Notes under the pieces: generated by a model
Databases searched by the model: none
What the model saw: only the letters and a program-made list of their open reading frames with translations
Told to the model about the DNA's origin: nothing
Origin: Anolis carolinensis
Taxonomy: Eukaryota
Length of the DNA: 64,000 bases
NCBI RefSeq assembly: GCF_035594765.1
Contig: NC_085846.1
Span: 14,991,190-15,055,189, forward strand
Direction: 5' to 3'
In this document: positions 21,820 to 34,335 of the stretch, one piece after another
Numbering within the stretch: the first letter of the stretch is position 1
Layout: each line of letters opens with the position of its first letter
Made by a program: the position numbers and the translations under genes

Positions 21820-23955
21820 GAGTGACCCACACAGAAAGCTAGTGCTACCCTTTCTTGTACATGTATTTTGAGGATGTAATAAACTTGTTGTTAAATTAAA
21901 AATAGATTCTACAGTTTTTGTCTCAGATAGGAAACCTTTGCAACACCAACTCCCAAAATCCGATACCAGGATGTTCAGTGGTAAAGGATTATGGTACTTG
22001 GATTTGAATACCTCTAGGGGCAAAAATGTTAGTAGGTATCGCAGCTAGGTCCTCTAGATGGATTGCATATTGCTTGGACACTGTCCATACCAATCTGTTT
22101 CTTTGTTAAACCTGTCAAGAAACTTAACCATTTAGGTAGCATAGTTTCTTACTTCAAGAAAATGTGTAATTTTAAGTTTTCTTGAGAGAAGTCAACAGAT
22201 GATAAATCAGTTTGTTTCTTCTTTGAACTAGTCACGTTACTAGTGCAGTGCAGTCGGGAACATGGCAGTGGGAGGAAGAAGTTGGCATGCTAATTTTATG
22301 GCGGAGGTGCACAGAAAATAAGTGGAGAACTGCTGCCAGATAGCCATTCAGCATTATATCTCTCAGTTGTTCAACATTCTATCCCATTATAAATGTGGCT
22401 ACTGAAACAAACAGGAGAAGATTAGTGGTTTTAGATAAAATATAAAATGGGTTAATTCTGATATAAAAACACATTACAAAATTCAGCATGCATTTAAAGT
22501 TGCCCTGTTTCTAATACTAAGGGTGTTGTCATTTCTTCGCATCATTTCTCAGAATTTTATCCACAGAGATATCTTTTAAAAAATCCCATAAGCTTGAAGG
22601 CTGTCCACTTTTGTGGTAAGAAACGTATTCTGGTGGTGTACACAAGGTAAAAATTCTTTGAAAAAGATGAGAGATGGTATACCTTATTCAGAGCAATTGC
22701 CTTTTCTTTTGGATGAAAATTCCCAGAATTACCAAGTCAACATTGGCTGTGATTTAGAAGCAAAAGTATTTTCCAGGATGTTTGTTGTAGTTTTAAGAAA
22801 TTGAATTTTTAGTCCTTAAGATTATAAAAAGGGGTTAAAAACATGGAGAAAAAAAATCTGATTTTTTAAGTGTTTTTCTTATAACCAATAGAAGAACAAA
22901 CTCTGAAACACTGACAGCTTCAATGAATTGACCTAAGCAATACAGGATGCAAAGCTTTGCTTTTATTGGCACAGAACTGACTTGTTTAATGCAAGCCGCC
23001 ATGATGCGAGTTCTTCCAAAGCTGATGTTCTCCAGGGATGCTGGGATGCAGATCCCATCACTTCCACTCAAACAACCAATGCAGACTACGGGTGGGATTC
23101 TTTCAGGTATTGTCAGGAAACATTACTGCTCTTCCATGTGATGATGTTCTCCAGAGACTTGTCTTCTAACAACTGCTAAACCCAATGCTAAGGGAGAATT
23201 GGTCTCCTATGGCCTTCACTGCCAAGGCAAGGTTCTAAGGTGTGTCTCCTGACCAGTCTCACTAAGGACACATTATTACAGACATTTGGATTCAGTCTCC
23301 ATTCCTCATCTACTTCCTCAGAAGAACCTGTGGAAGCCAGATACAATCTCCCCTTTAGTTTAGACATCATTTCTTACAAAAGGACAACAGATGAGAGGCT
23401 GAACACTTAATGACTCAAGCAGCAGCACTCTCCTTTCCAACACATCCACTAAGACATTTAAATTACATAAAAGCTGGCCACTAAGTGCCCATTTCCACCT
23501 GGTATCCTACATTAGGATTTCAGACATGTGAAACACAATCCCTTCATCTAATACAATATTCCCTCCAGCTATGTGGGACTACAGCTCCCACTGTCCTCTG
23601 CCTTTGGCCATGGTGTTTGGCAACAGCAGGAGATGAAGTCCCACACACTGGGAAGGTGTCAGGGTGGGGCAAAATACAAAGTACACAGAATACATAGTGG
23701 TTTCAGTACTATTACTGACTTCTAGGTTATTTGATAAATGTCCCAGTACAGTTCATATTGATATTTGACTTTTCCACTCAGTGTGGAATTGAGTTCAGGG
23801 TACAGAAGGTGTATTAAATTTCTATACTCCATCTCCCTCTGTTCCTAGAAAATGAGCTTGTGCTCCTTCAATATCATTTGACAAATCGGTGGGAAGCAAC
23901 AGATGCAAGTGATATATAGAATCTCCTTTGGAGTTCAGGCTAGTGGTGACTGGCC

Positions 23956-24090
23956 TCAATCAAAATCAGAACAGGCCCCAGGACTTGAAAACTTAGGGTA
24001 ATGAAGTAACTTGTCTCGGGGGCTGGATGGCTGCCAGGTGGAGGCAAGGACATCCTCCTGCTCACACTGGAACTCTTCTTCAGACTTAAC
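23956..24090 (-). CDS. TFPT: TFPT last coding exon
   Basis: VKSEEEF...PRDKLLHYP...DFD*. Confidence 0.88.
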   Translation of the reverse strand, partial: VKSEEEFQCEQEDVLASTWQPSSPRDKLLHYPKFSSPGACSDFD

Positions 24091-27080
24091 CTGGAGCCAC
24101 AAAAGAAAAAGTAGTTAGAAATTCTGTGTCAAGCAAAAGAAAGCTTCTGAACATTGAAAACCTGCATCCCTATATTCTGTAGTTAAAATAAGTTATACTA
24201 GTCTATCTAATTGGATGGTTTACTTATTTAAGGGAGAAAAAAAAACAAGAAACGAAATCCAAGATTCTAAATGTACATTGGTTAAGAGATCCCGCTCAGC
24301 TGATATTTCAAGAATAGTGGGCCCTTGATATCCGATTCCAGGACCCCTCCTCCCCTTGATATCAAAATTTGTGGATGTTTAAGCCCCATCAGCCTAGTAA
24401 AATTGTGTCCTTTATATAAATTGGTAAAATCAAGGTTTGCTTTTTGCTTTAAAAAAAATCCATGGATATGGAAGACTGAATGTATATATAAATCTGGCTG
24501 AATTCTTCACTTGCTTCCTTGAACGAGGGTCAGATAATACTTTTAAATTTAGGAAACTGGGAAGCCTAAATGTTCTCTGGTACCTGTGCAGAGAATTCTT
24601 CCATAGGGAGTAACGTTTGGGCTACTCGTCGCACTCTCCCTTCCTTTTCCTCTCGCAGGTGGCGCCGCCGCTTCTTAGTGGTGGGACCCTCACTTGGAGA
24701 AAGGCTCTCAGGCTCATGGGCAGGGAGAGGACCTGAGGGGCACCTGGGCATGTCTTTTTCAGGGGGCTCATTTTCTGTGTTGCCGAGGGTGGGAGCATCA
24801 GGGCTGTGGCCCCCTTCATCCTAGACAAGGACACACAGTTGAGCAAGAACAACATTCTAATACTCCTTTTCACTGCAAGGTAACAATGTGAGGAGACCTG
24901 TCTTTATCCCTCTGGCCTAGGTTTTTGTGAGAGTCTGAGTAAATGATTGGAGCTTTCTCCAAATTTTGATACACACTTGTGAAAGTTATTGTTTTGCATT
25001 ACATTTAATAGAATACTCCAGTCATCAAGGGATACATTAAATAATGGAGAGAAAATTTCTAACCAGAAGAGGTCCTAGTATTTGTAACCTTCTTTCTCAA
25101 CTCCCCTACCATCTCAGCCCTGGCATGACTTTTTGGTTTTTCTATTTCAACCCATGATTAGGTGAGGCAGTTCAAAACAGCTGGATGACTTCAAATTAAT
25201 AAAGTCTGCTTTGGCCTCTTCAGCCAACTTTCTTACCTCTAAGACTATGTCCAGATGGCCTTGTCTGTAATCATCACCATATGAATCCAACACCCTCATG
25301 AGAAACCTAAAAGGAAGGCATCTGTTAGAAAGATGTCCTAAGGAAGCAACAGCCTCACCAACTCTCTTGCATGAGGGCACTCACGTGCAGTGAGTAATTA
25401 CTGGAAGGGATTACCTGTGACAAGAAGAAACTTTGACATTTGGTTAGATTCCTTCAAAAAGGGATTTAACAAATGTGTGAAATAAGACTACTAGGGACAA
25501 GCTGTACATGAAACCTCCATGTTCAGAAGCAGTGTTGCTACTGTATTGCCCCAGGGGCCAAACAATGAGGGAGGCTGTTCCTTGTGAGCTTCATGTAGGT
25601 ATCTTGCCTGCCACTCCTGCAAACAAGATGTTTCCTTAAATTAAGCAGCCTTACTTGAGATGGGAGCTTCCAGATCTGTTGGACTACAATCCTATTATCT
25701 CAAGCCGTCACAGACATCTGCAATATGACACAGCCAGAAGACCCATGGGAACTGAAATTTACCATGCACTGAGTAGAAACACCTCTACATCTTTGCTACT
25801 AACACATTACCAGACTCACCTTCTCTCCTGCTTGAGTCGCAGTGTTATTCTCTGAACCTGATGCAACCGATTTAACATCCTCTCATTCACCTGCAACAGT
25901 GAATTCGTGTTACAAGGACACACTTAAATTTCCCCTTTATTAGTTTGCCATTTTCCTATCCATAACAGGATGTGCTATTTGGATCTTTATCTGACACAGC
26001 CTCCCCTTCTCCCCAATTCCAGGGTCTCTATCTTTTTGTACATCTAGATGTACTGTGGTAGAGTGGACAGAGTGATGGATATAATGCAGAAGGATCCAGA
26101 TTCCTATCTCCACACTGCCTCAAAGTATAGATGATGAGTTTAGCCCAAGTACCGTGTCTTAGACTCACATATCATGCTGGGTTGTTGGGAAGGTATTTCC
26201 CATTCTCATGTAGAGAATGGGAAATGGTTAATTGACACAGCGCTTGCTACTGCAAGTTCAGTTCCTCCAAGTGCTCAGTAGGAAAACTGCCTGTTTAAAA
26301 TGCTAGACAACCACTGGAAAGAACGATGGTTCTGTAAATAATACTGAACAAGGTCTGGCTTGGTATAGACCTCTACACAAAAATTTTCATGCCTTTCTCT
26401 CCCCCCCCCCCCAACCACCAAATTTCCTCCTTCTAGGGTTCAGATTTCCTCCAATTAGCATCTGATAATTATTTTTTAAAAGAAGACATTTTTACAACCA
26501 AAATTAAGATTGTAATTTAAACAGGCACAAATATGTATTGTGCAGATCATTTTTACACCTGTTTGGGGTTTTCAAAAAACTGAAGCAGAATTCAGAAGCT
26601 TTAGTGTAGATTTTCAGCAACCCTAAGGTCTCACTAACAGAACTCGGATAAATTACATTTTTGTATTAGAACACTAAAATCCCACAGCTGGCATGGTTAT
26701 GATCATACTAACTGACAAAAGCCAGGACAGAAGTGTTGGTTTAAATGAACGAGGGTCTCATTTGGCATAAAGCTGAAGCAGAGTAGAAGCCACAGTAACA
26801 ACTCACAACTTCCAGGTGTTCTAGAGCCATCTACCCCCTTCAGTTGAATCTCTACCTGTTCCAATTCCTTGCAGCGCCGTGCTAGTGCCTGGCACTTGCG
26901 TCGTGTCATCTCCTGCTGCCGCAAGACACCTTCCTCTTCCTCTTCTTCTGCTATTCCACCATCAGCAAACTCCACCTCTGTCTCCAGTTCACTCTCAAGG
27001 ATATTGCCACCAAAAAGAGGAGGGAGGGCCAGCTCAGACCCAGGAGGCACTGAGAATTCCTCAAAGCCCACAGCTGCCAT
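23956..27080 (-). CDS. TFPT: TCF3 fusion partner (INO80F/amida), 245 aa (multi-exon span)
   Basis: Join complement(26856-27080,25820-25890,25237-25306,24584-24820,23956-24090); [25 protein letters not shown]..., [23 protein letters not shown]. Confidence 0.95.
24584..24820 (-). CDS. TFPT: TFPT exon
   Basis: 237 nt, [22 protein letters not shown]...KKRRR. Confidence 0.9.
25237..25306 (-). CDS. TFPT: TFPT exon
   Basis: 70 nt, [23 protein letters not shown]. Confidence 0.93.
25820..25890 (-). CDS. TFPT: TFPT exon
   Basis: 71 nt, [23 protein letters not shown]. Confidence 0.93.
26856..27080 (-). CDS. TFPT: TFPT first coding exon
   Basis: Acceptor at 27089; MAAVGFEEF...CKELEQ|gtag. Confidence 0.93.
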
Positions 27081-27141
27081 GATGCTCTTCTGGAAAAGAG
27101 AAAGTGACATATGGACTAATGGTCATCATCCCTCTCCCATC

Positions 27142-27367
27142 TAGAATCATAGGGTTGGAAGAGACCACAAAGGCTACCCAGTCCAACACCATTCTGCCAT
27201 GTAGGAATGCACAATCAAAGCACTCTCCACAAATGGCCATCCAGCCTCTACTTTTAAAAAACCCAGTGAAGGAGACTTTGCAAAACTCTGAGGCAGCATA
27301 TTCCACTGCCGAACAGCTCTTACCATCAGGAAGTTTTTCCTAATATTTAGGTGGAATCTCTTTTCTG
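27142..27367 (-). mobile_element. CR1 LINE 3' fragment
   Basis: RFHLNIRKNFL.. remnant and ATGATTCTA tail on - strand. Confidence 0.85.
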
Positions 27368-28269
27368 AGTAGATAGAGATGGTAACAGATGACTCAGATA
27401 GGCACACACATTCTTATAAATCACAACTCTCCCTCCATCATTAGATAGATTGACTGCTCAGTTTGGAACAATGAACAACATTTTCAATTGTTTAAAAATT
27501 AATTATCTACTTCTACCTCTGAGTAGGAGCAAAAACATAATGCCACCTAAATCAAGGTCAAGAGAAATTACATTCCTGCTTCAGATATATGCTCAGTATG
27601 TATCAGAAGCAACCTATTATTAAAATACATCTTATTGGAGAACATTTTGTAACTGTGAAACAATCTCCCTTATTGCAGAAATTTTAGCTACCTTTAAAAA
27701 AAATCAAAATTAAAGCAAGTGCATCTAGAATGAATGCAGTTTGACACCACTTTAACTGTTATGACCCAATACTAAGGAGCCGTGAGAATTGTAGTTTTAC
27801 AAGCCCTTAAGCTTTCTCTGCCAAAATGCTGGTATCTTACTAAATTACAACACCCATGATTCCATAATATTGGGCCACAACAGTTCAAGTGGTACCAAAC
27901 TGCATTCATTCTACAGTGTAGATGCACGATCTAATGACAGAACGTACTTTCAAGTAGACACACACAGATTGCACTGTAATTTACACTCATTTTTTTCCTT
28001 CTCAGAATAGTTTAAAATCTAAAAACATACAGGCTCCTTCCACACAGCTGTATAAAGTCCCACATTATCTGCTTTGAACTGGGTTATATGGCAGTGTGGA
28101 CTCAGATAACCCAGTTCAAAGCAGCTATTGTGGATTATCTGCCTTAATATTCTGGGTTATATGGCTGTGTGGAAGGGCCCACAGTAACATTTAAGTAACA
28201 ATCAGTTAAATCGAAATCAACCAAACAGTAAAGCTTAAGGATGCCTTAAACTAAGACTTTAATCTCACC

Positions 28270-28790
28270 AATCAATCCCTCGGAGAGAGCCTTTGGAAGA
28301 GGATGTCGCCGACGGATGACGTCGTCAAGCCACCAATAAAACGTTTTGGACTACTACAGAAGCTAGTCAATGGGAAAAATAAGAAGTGTCGCCTTGCGAT
28401 GGCGATACTAAAATGGGCGGGGCTTCTGTCGCACCCTAATAGACGCAGAGGCAATGGCCACAGCTCTGGAAGTTTGGTAGAGTTGCCCGCTTTCCGTCTC
28501 AGAAGTAACCCTTCCAAGCCTTGCTTCCTAACGAAGTCGTTCTAAAACCGGAAGTGTCGCTCTGTTGGAGTGTATGGTTCCTAGCGCTAGGTTTTGGTTT
28601 CACGCGCATGCGCGGGGATTCAATGACGACTTCGAGAGCGACGGAGCGGCTTTTGTGTCGTATTTAATGCGGGACGTACAGGAGGTGCAGCGTCGAATAG
28701 GTGGACGAGTGGCCGGGCGAAAGAGAAGGAAGCCGAGGAGAGTCAGGAGAGCTTCGTGAAAGGCGAGGAATTAGAGGGAGCCCGGGCTAA
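28270..28790. promoter_or_regulatory. Bidirectional TFPT/PRPF31 CpG promoter with non-coding first exons
   Basis: CpG-rich; CCAAT 28333, GC box 28415, ETS CCGGAAGTG 28548, NRF1 GCGCATGCGC 28604; TFPT exon-1 donor (- strand GTGAG) at 28268. Confidence 0.85.
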
Positions 28791-28967
28791 GGTTGCTGAG
28801 AGGGGTTTCTGCCATTTCTTTTATTCTGACTGCATCCCTAGATGCACCTACACTAGGCCTAGGCAAACTTGGGCCCTCCGGGTGTTTTGAACTTCAACTC
28901 CCACAATTCTTAACAGCCTCAGGGCCCTTCCTTTTTTTCCTCAGGCACTTAACAACACAGGGAAGCG

Positions 28968-29315
28968 TTTTTGTTTATTCGTTCAGTCACTTCCGACTCT
29001 TCGTGACATCATGGGCCAGCCCACGCCAGAGCTTCCTGTCGGCGGTGGCCACCCCCAGCTCCTTCAAGATCAAGCCAGTCACTTCAAGGATACTATCCAT
29101 CCATCCTGCCCTTGGTCAGGCCCGCATCCTTTTTCCTTCCATTTCCCCCAGCATCATTCTCTAAGCTTTCCTGTCTTCTCATTATGTGGCCAAAGTACTT
29201 CATATTTGCCTCTCTATCCTTCCCTCCAGTGAGCATCATTTCCTGGAATATGGATTGGTTGGATCTTCATGCAGCTCAAGGCACTCTCAGAATTTTCTTC
29301 CAACACCATAGTTCA
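28968..29315 (-). mobile_element. RTE-BovB LINE 3' fragment in PRPF31 intron 1
   Basis: - strand RPRAGWMDSILEVTGL..KEL..ADRKLWRGLAHDVTKSRK, the BovB ORF end. Confidence 0.8.
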
Positions 29316-30044
29316 CTTATATAATGGCTTGTTTCCAAATGTTGCTGGTGGCTTCCTTTTTGCCACCTTTGCTATATTACTTCATCAAGACTCAGATAGT
29401 TTGTAAAGCATAAAAGAATAAAATGAAGTGTCCTTTCTAATCCCAACTTGAAAGACCAAGCACAGGGCAGAGAAAGTAAATTTTAAGCAAGTAGAATTTA
29501 TTCGTAAAGTAATATCATTACTCATAAAAGGGCATAAAATTAGCTTCTAATTTCCTAGGTGACCCAATTTGACTTTATCTCAATTCTGACTAAAGCAGAA
29601 GATTATTAAAGGGAAGCGTTAACACCCCTGTAATGTTTGTTTTGCTACCTGTGCCCCTGTTCAAAAGAATTCACACTTTCTGTCTCTGTGACAATTGGAA
29701 AATGTTGGGTTATTGTGGAGACTAGGATAAGCGATAAAGCTTCAGTGCAGCCACCTTTCCCCATGGTAAATCTTACAGGTTTGAATTTCTTTCCAAGGTG
29801 TAGTTTTCCTCTCATGTTCTGTTGTCTCACCCCCATTTGTAGCTGTGAGTCAGATGTGGTTCCAATGTTTGTAACTTTGGGACTGCCTGTATTTGGTTTG
29901 GGGGAATATTTGGAGTTGCTCTGTAGGTAAAATTCCTCCCAACCCAATACCAGCAGAATCTATGGATGCCCAGCACTTCAGATGTATATGTCATTTATAG
30001 TTTTCTCTTTCTTCCTTTTCTTGCCGCTATAGGCGTGATCCACC

Positions 30045-30218
30045 ATGTCTTTAGCAGATGAGCTTTTGGCTGATCTTGAGGAAGCAGCAGAAGAAGAAGA
30101 TGGCAGCTTTGCAGATGAGGAGGATGAGCCGCCCATTGAGGATGTTCAGGAGGAGATGCAGCTGGATCTGGCGACCGATTCTGTCAAGAGTATTGCCAAG
30201 CTGTGGGACAGCAAGATG
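30045..30218 (+). CDS. PRPF31: PRPF31 coding exon 1
   Basis: Acceptor 30032, Kozak CCACCATG, MSLADELL...WDSKM. Confidence 0.96.
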
Positions 30219-33200
30219 GTGAGAGAAATGCAGGGTCCTCTTAGAGCAACAGTGATTAGTTTAAGAATCTTATAGAAACTAAACCTGTGTGTCCAAGTTA
30301 TTTATCCCACATGGAAAAGGCAGACAACAATCAGAGAACAATGGGAGAAAACCCTGTTGTGTCTTGGTGGAAGCATTATGAAGCTGCTTGGATAGAATAA
30401 AATACTCTATAGTACCCATATGCCCAGTTGATTAAAAGGTAGCAAAAGCAAAACAAAAACAAAAAACACCCTTTATTGGCTTACTATATTCAGTATTTCA
30501 AATTTTGGGAAGGTTGGGAGGAGATTTCTGCTTTCAGTATGTAAATTAAAACTGTATTCAAAATTAAGATTCAACTTGAGCTTTCCTCTTCTAGAATTTG
30601 AGAATGAGCTGGGAGGCTGAGGTTAAGAAAGCCATCCCCAAAACCTGACTTCACATGTCTTTGTACTTCTTCTATACAGTTTGCTGAAATCATGCTGAAG
30701 ATAGAGGAATACATCAGCAAGCAACCGAAAGCATCTGACGGTACTGAGTTGGCTTTGAAAATATGTCACCCACCTTTACACTGTAAAACTCCACTGAACC
30801 CAATCCTATTTCCTGTGGTGCAGAATCCATTACATATCCTCCATTCCCTGTGATAGAGAGTTGAGATACACTTTTGCTTGTTTCTCTGATACTTTCATTA
30901 AATAAAGATTTTCAGTTTTCCTTTCTTCAATTCCCAGTTCTAGGCCCAGTGGAGGCTGCACCTGAATACAGAGTTATTGTAGATGCCAACAACCTCACAG
31001 TGGAGATTGAAAACGAGCTCAGTGAGTAAAAACTTGGGCTGTTTCCCTTAGGCAAGAGAAAAGGGTGACAAGGCAGGTGGGAAGCTTTGGTAGCGTTACA
31101 TAAATTGTTACTTAGTGGTCTGAGGATAGCGGAATAAATTAAGCAGGCAGTAGTGTTGGGGAGGGCTGGCTTTTCTGGGAATCGTGTGTGGTTTATTAAG
31201 TAGAAGGCTAGACGTTGGGATGTGTGCCATGCAGACTGTGTGTGTCTATTCGGTTGCATAGTCATTAAAAGTTTATGGTATTTTTGGGATTCTTTTGTTA
31301 GAAGTTTAATCTTCCTTGGGCAATGCGTGATCCAGACTAGCCAATACCCAAAGATGGCATGCAAACAGACAGGACAGCATGTGGTCCTCCTGATGTTAGT
31401 GAATTCCAGTTCCCATTAGCTCCAACTAGTTTCGCCAGTAGTGAGACATGATAGGAACTGTTTTTAGGAATATCTGGAGAGCCACAGTTTTCCATGATGA
31501 TGTACAGCGCAGAAATTCTAATGGATTCAACCAGAAGTTGGCTATATGTTTGCATTTACTTTCTAAATTTTACTTTTAGAGTGCATTTTCTTTAGAATAA
31601 TATATATTCCTCCTGGCTAATATGTCAAATCTTTGATTTTTTTTTCTTTGCAGACATTATTCATAAATTTATTCGAGACAAATACTCAAAGCGATTTCCT
31701 GAACTTGAATCCCTGGTTCCCAATGCTCTGGATTACATTCGGACTGTCAAGGTATTGTGGCTTCAAATATACATTTGTTTTACTATCTAGCACAGTGGTT
31801 CTCAACCTGGGTCCCCAGATGTTTTTGGCCTTCAACTCTCAGAAATCCTAAAAGCTGGTAAACTGCTGGGAGTTGTAGGCCAAAAACATCTGGGGAACCC
31901 AGGTTGAGGACCACTGATCTAGCACATTCATATGCAGCCACAAAGTTGGATGGCTTCCAAGAAAATTATTATTCATTTAACTGGAAGAATAAATATGAGA
32001 GATAGGGAATTAGGATGTGAATTCCCTGTAATCATTTCCCTGAAACCAATAAATGCCTTGCCATATTTTTCTTTGGGGAAGTATATGGGCTCTAGTGGCT
32101 CTTGTGGCCTGGATCTTAGGCTAGTGGATGATGCCACTGTGGTTCGAATGCTGCTGGAAGAGGAAGGATATAAATTTAAATAAATGTTATTGTTACTGGC
32201 TCTTCTGCAGACATGATGTTTTTTCCCCAAGTGCAACATCTGATTTTTCTTAGAACAAGAATGCCCCAAATAAAGCCTTGGCAGGTTGGTAGTACCTCTC
32301 AGCCCAACCCACATGTCTCGTTTGAAAGCTAAAGTTTTCTTCATATGTCTTAACTTTTGCAGGAACTAGGGAATAGTTTGGACAAGTGCAAGAACAATGA
32401 GAATCTTCAACAGATCCTTACAAATGCCACTATCATGGTTGTCAGTGTCACAGCATCTACAACTCAGGGGTAAGGTGGATATACTGCAAAGCTAGTAGGG
32501 TTACTAAGGGGACACGTGAGATTGATAGGGATCTGGAACAGAAGAAGGTTGAATGGACTGAGGAGTAGTTCCATACTGCTGCATATGATGAAACTCTTTT
32601 GTAAGTGTATGTTACAAGGAAAACTCTATGGAAGAAAAGACTGGGATAGCAAGTAGAGTCTTACTTAGTCCTAAATAAGAGGTGGAGGCTCCTCCTTTGG
32701 AAGCTTTTAAGCAGAGGCTGGATGGCAATCTGTCGGGGGTGCTTTGAATGCAATTTTCCTGCTTCTTGGCAGGGGGATAGCTCATGAGGTCTCTTCCAAC
32801 TCTATGATTCTATTCTCCTTTATGTTTCAAGATTTTTTCTTCTATTACACGTAAAAAAAATCGGTAGGGGTTATGGGCCGGCATAGCCTATCATCACATT
32901 TATCTGAATTTGGGAAACAGACCCACTCCTGATCACAGTAGTTTCCTTTACCTGGATGAATAAATTGATCTATGAAAGCATGGACACATACATGCATATA
33001 CATCAGTTTAATTTTTCTAATCTGCCATATAGCACGTGACATGGTGCATTCCCTGGCAGATTGGAAGAAGGCATCCTACTGTTCCCCCATATTAGTTACT
33101 TTAAGAAGAACTTTGTTAGATTAATGACTGTGGGATAATTTACTTTGGCTTGTATATTCTGATGTATATATTATGCATCTAAATATACAAGTGGGAAATA

Positions 33201-34304
33201 CAATAAAATGTTGCAGCGCAAAATGCTCCTTCATAGGTTTCCAGTCATCTAATTGTGTCCTGCTCATTAACTCCTAGTCAGTGTTTCAAGCCTAGTGAGA
33301 ATGCCTATTGGATTGTTTTTCCAATATGTCTTTTGTCCTTCTGTAAACCACAGACGTTTTTCTCCTTGTGTGAATGATGCTTCATTTGCTACACAAGGGC
33401 CACAATGTAAAGCATAGATTTGATGATATGGAGAGCTGTGGAAACAAATGTTCCTAGGCTTTAGCATGTTGAATGTTAATGAGTACATTGAAAACTGGAT
33501 TGTGATGAACTATGCGTCATCTCTCTCATTACAGGCAGCAATTAACTGAAGAAGAACTAGAACGCATTGAGGAGGCCTGTGACATGGCCCTGGAGCTGAA
33601 CCAGTCCAAGCATCGCATCTATGAGTATGTGGAGTCCCGCATGTCCTTCATTGCCCCCAACCTGTCCATCATCGTGGGAGCCTCCACTGCTGCTAAGATC
33701 ATGGGTAAGACTCTCCGTAGTTTGGAAAATCAGGGGAGAGCTCCTTGTAGAAAGACTTTGCTTTTCTGTAGTTTACCATGGACAGAAAAGGCACTGAAGC
33801 ACGTAGATCTTGTCTGAAATAGTCAGAATATTAATCATAAAACTTCTGGAACAAAAATCAAAGGTAGAAATACACAGTTGAAATTAATACCCTATTTAGT
33901 ATCATCAGTTCTGTTTTTTATCCAATGTTAGTTCTGGCAGATGTCAATGGTCAATAATTGGCCGTGTACATACTTCAGCAGTCAAGGAATGTAAAGATGA
34001 TGTAGGCAGACATGAACCTTGATGGTTTCTTTGTCTTATTTTGTGGTCTTTGTGCCATATTTTCCTTCCTTACCAAGGCATTGCTGGTGGTCTCACAAAT
34101 CTCTCTAAGATGCCGGCCTGCAACATTATGCTTCTGGGTGCCCAAAGGAAGACCCTGTCTGGCTTTTCCAGCACTTCGGTGTTGCCTCACACTGGTTATA
34201 TCTACCATAGTGACATTGTGCAGTCATTGCCTCCGGTATGTATGTGGTGCTGCTGTTCCTTTCACTACTTGATTGGTAAATGAGCTTCACAGAGGCAACA
34301 GCCA

Positions 34305-34335
<31 letters not shown>

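Noticed and set aside
23138-23252. GTGATGA...CTGA C/D-box snoRNA-like pair
   Set aside because: No terminal stem and not inside a + strand intron
23188-23370. - strand acceptor at about 23328 with a short ORF downstream of TFPT
   Set aside because: Stop after 5 codons in the TFPT phase and no clear donor; at most a UTR exon
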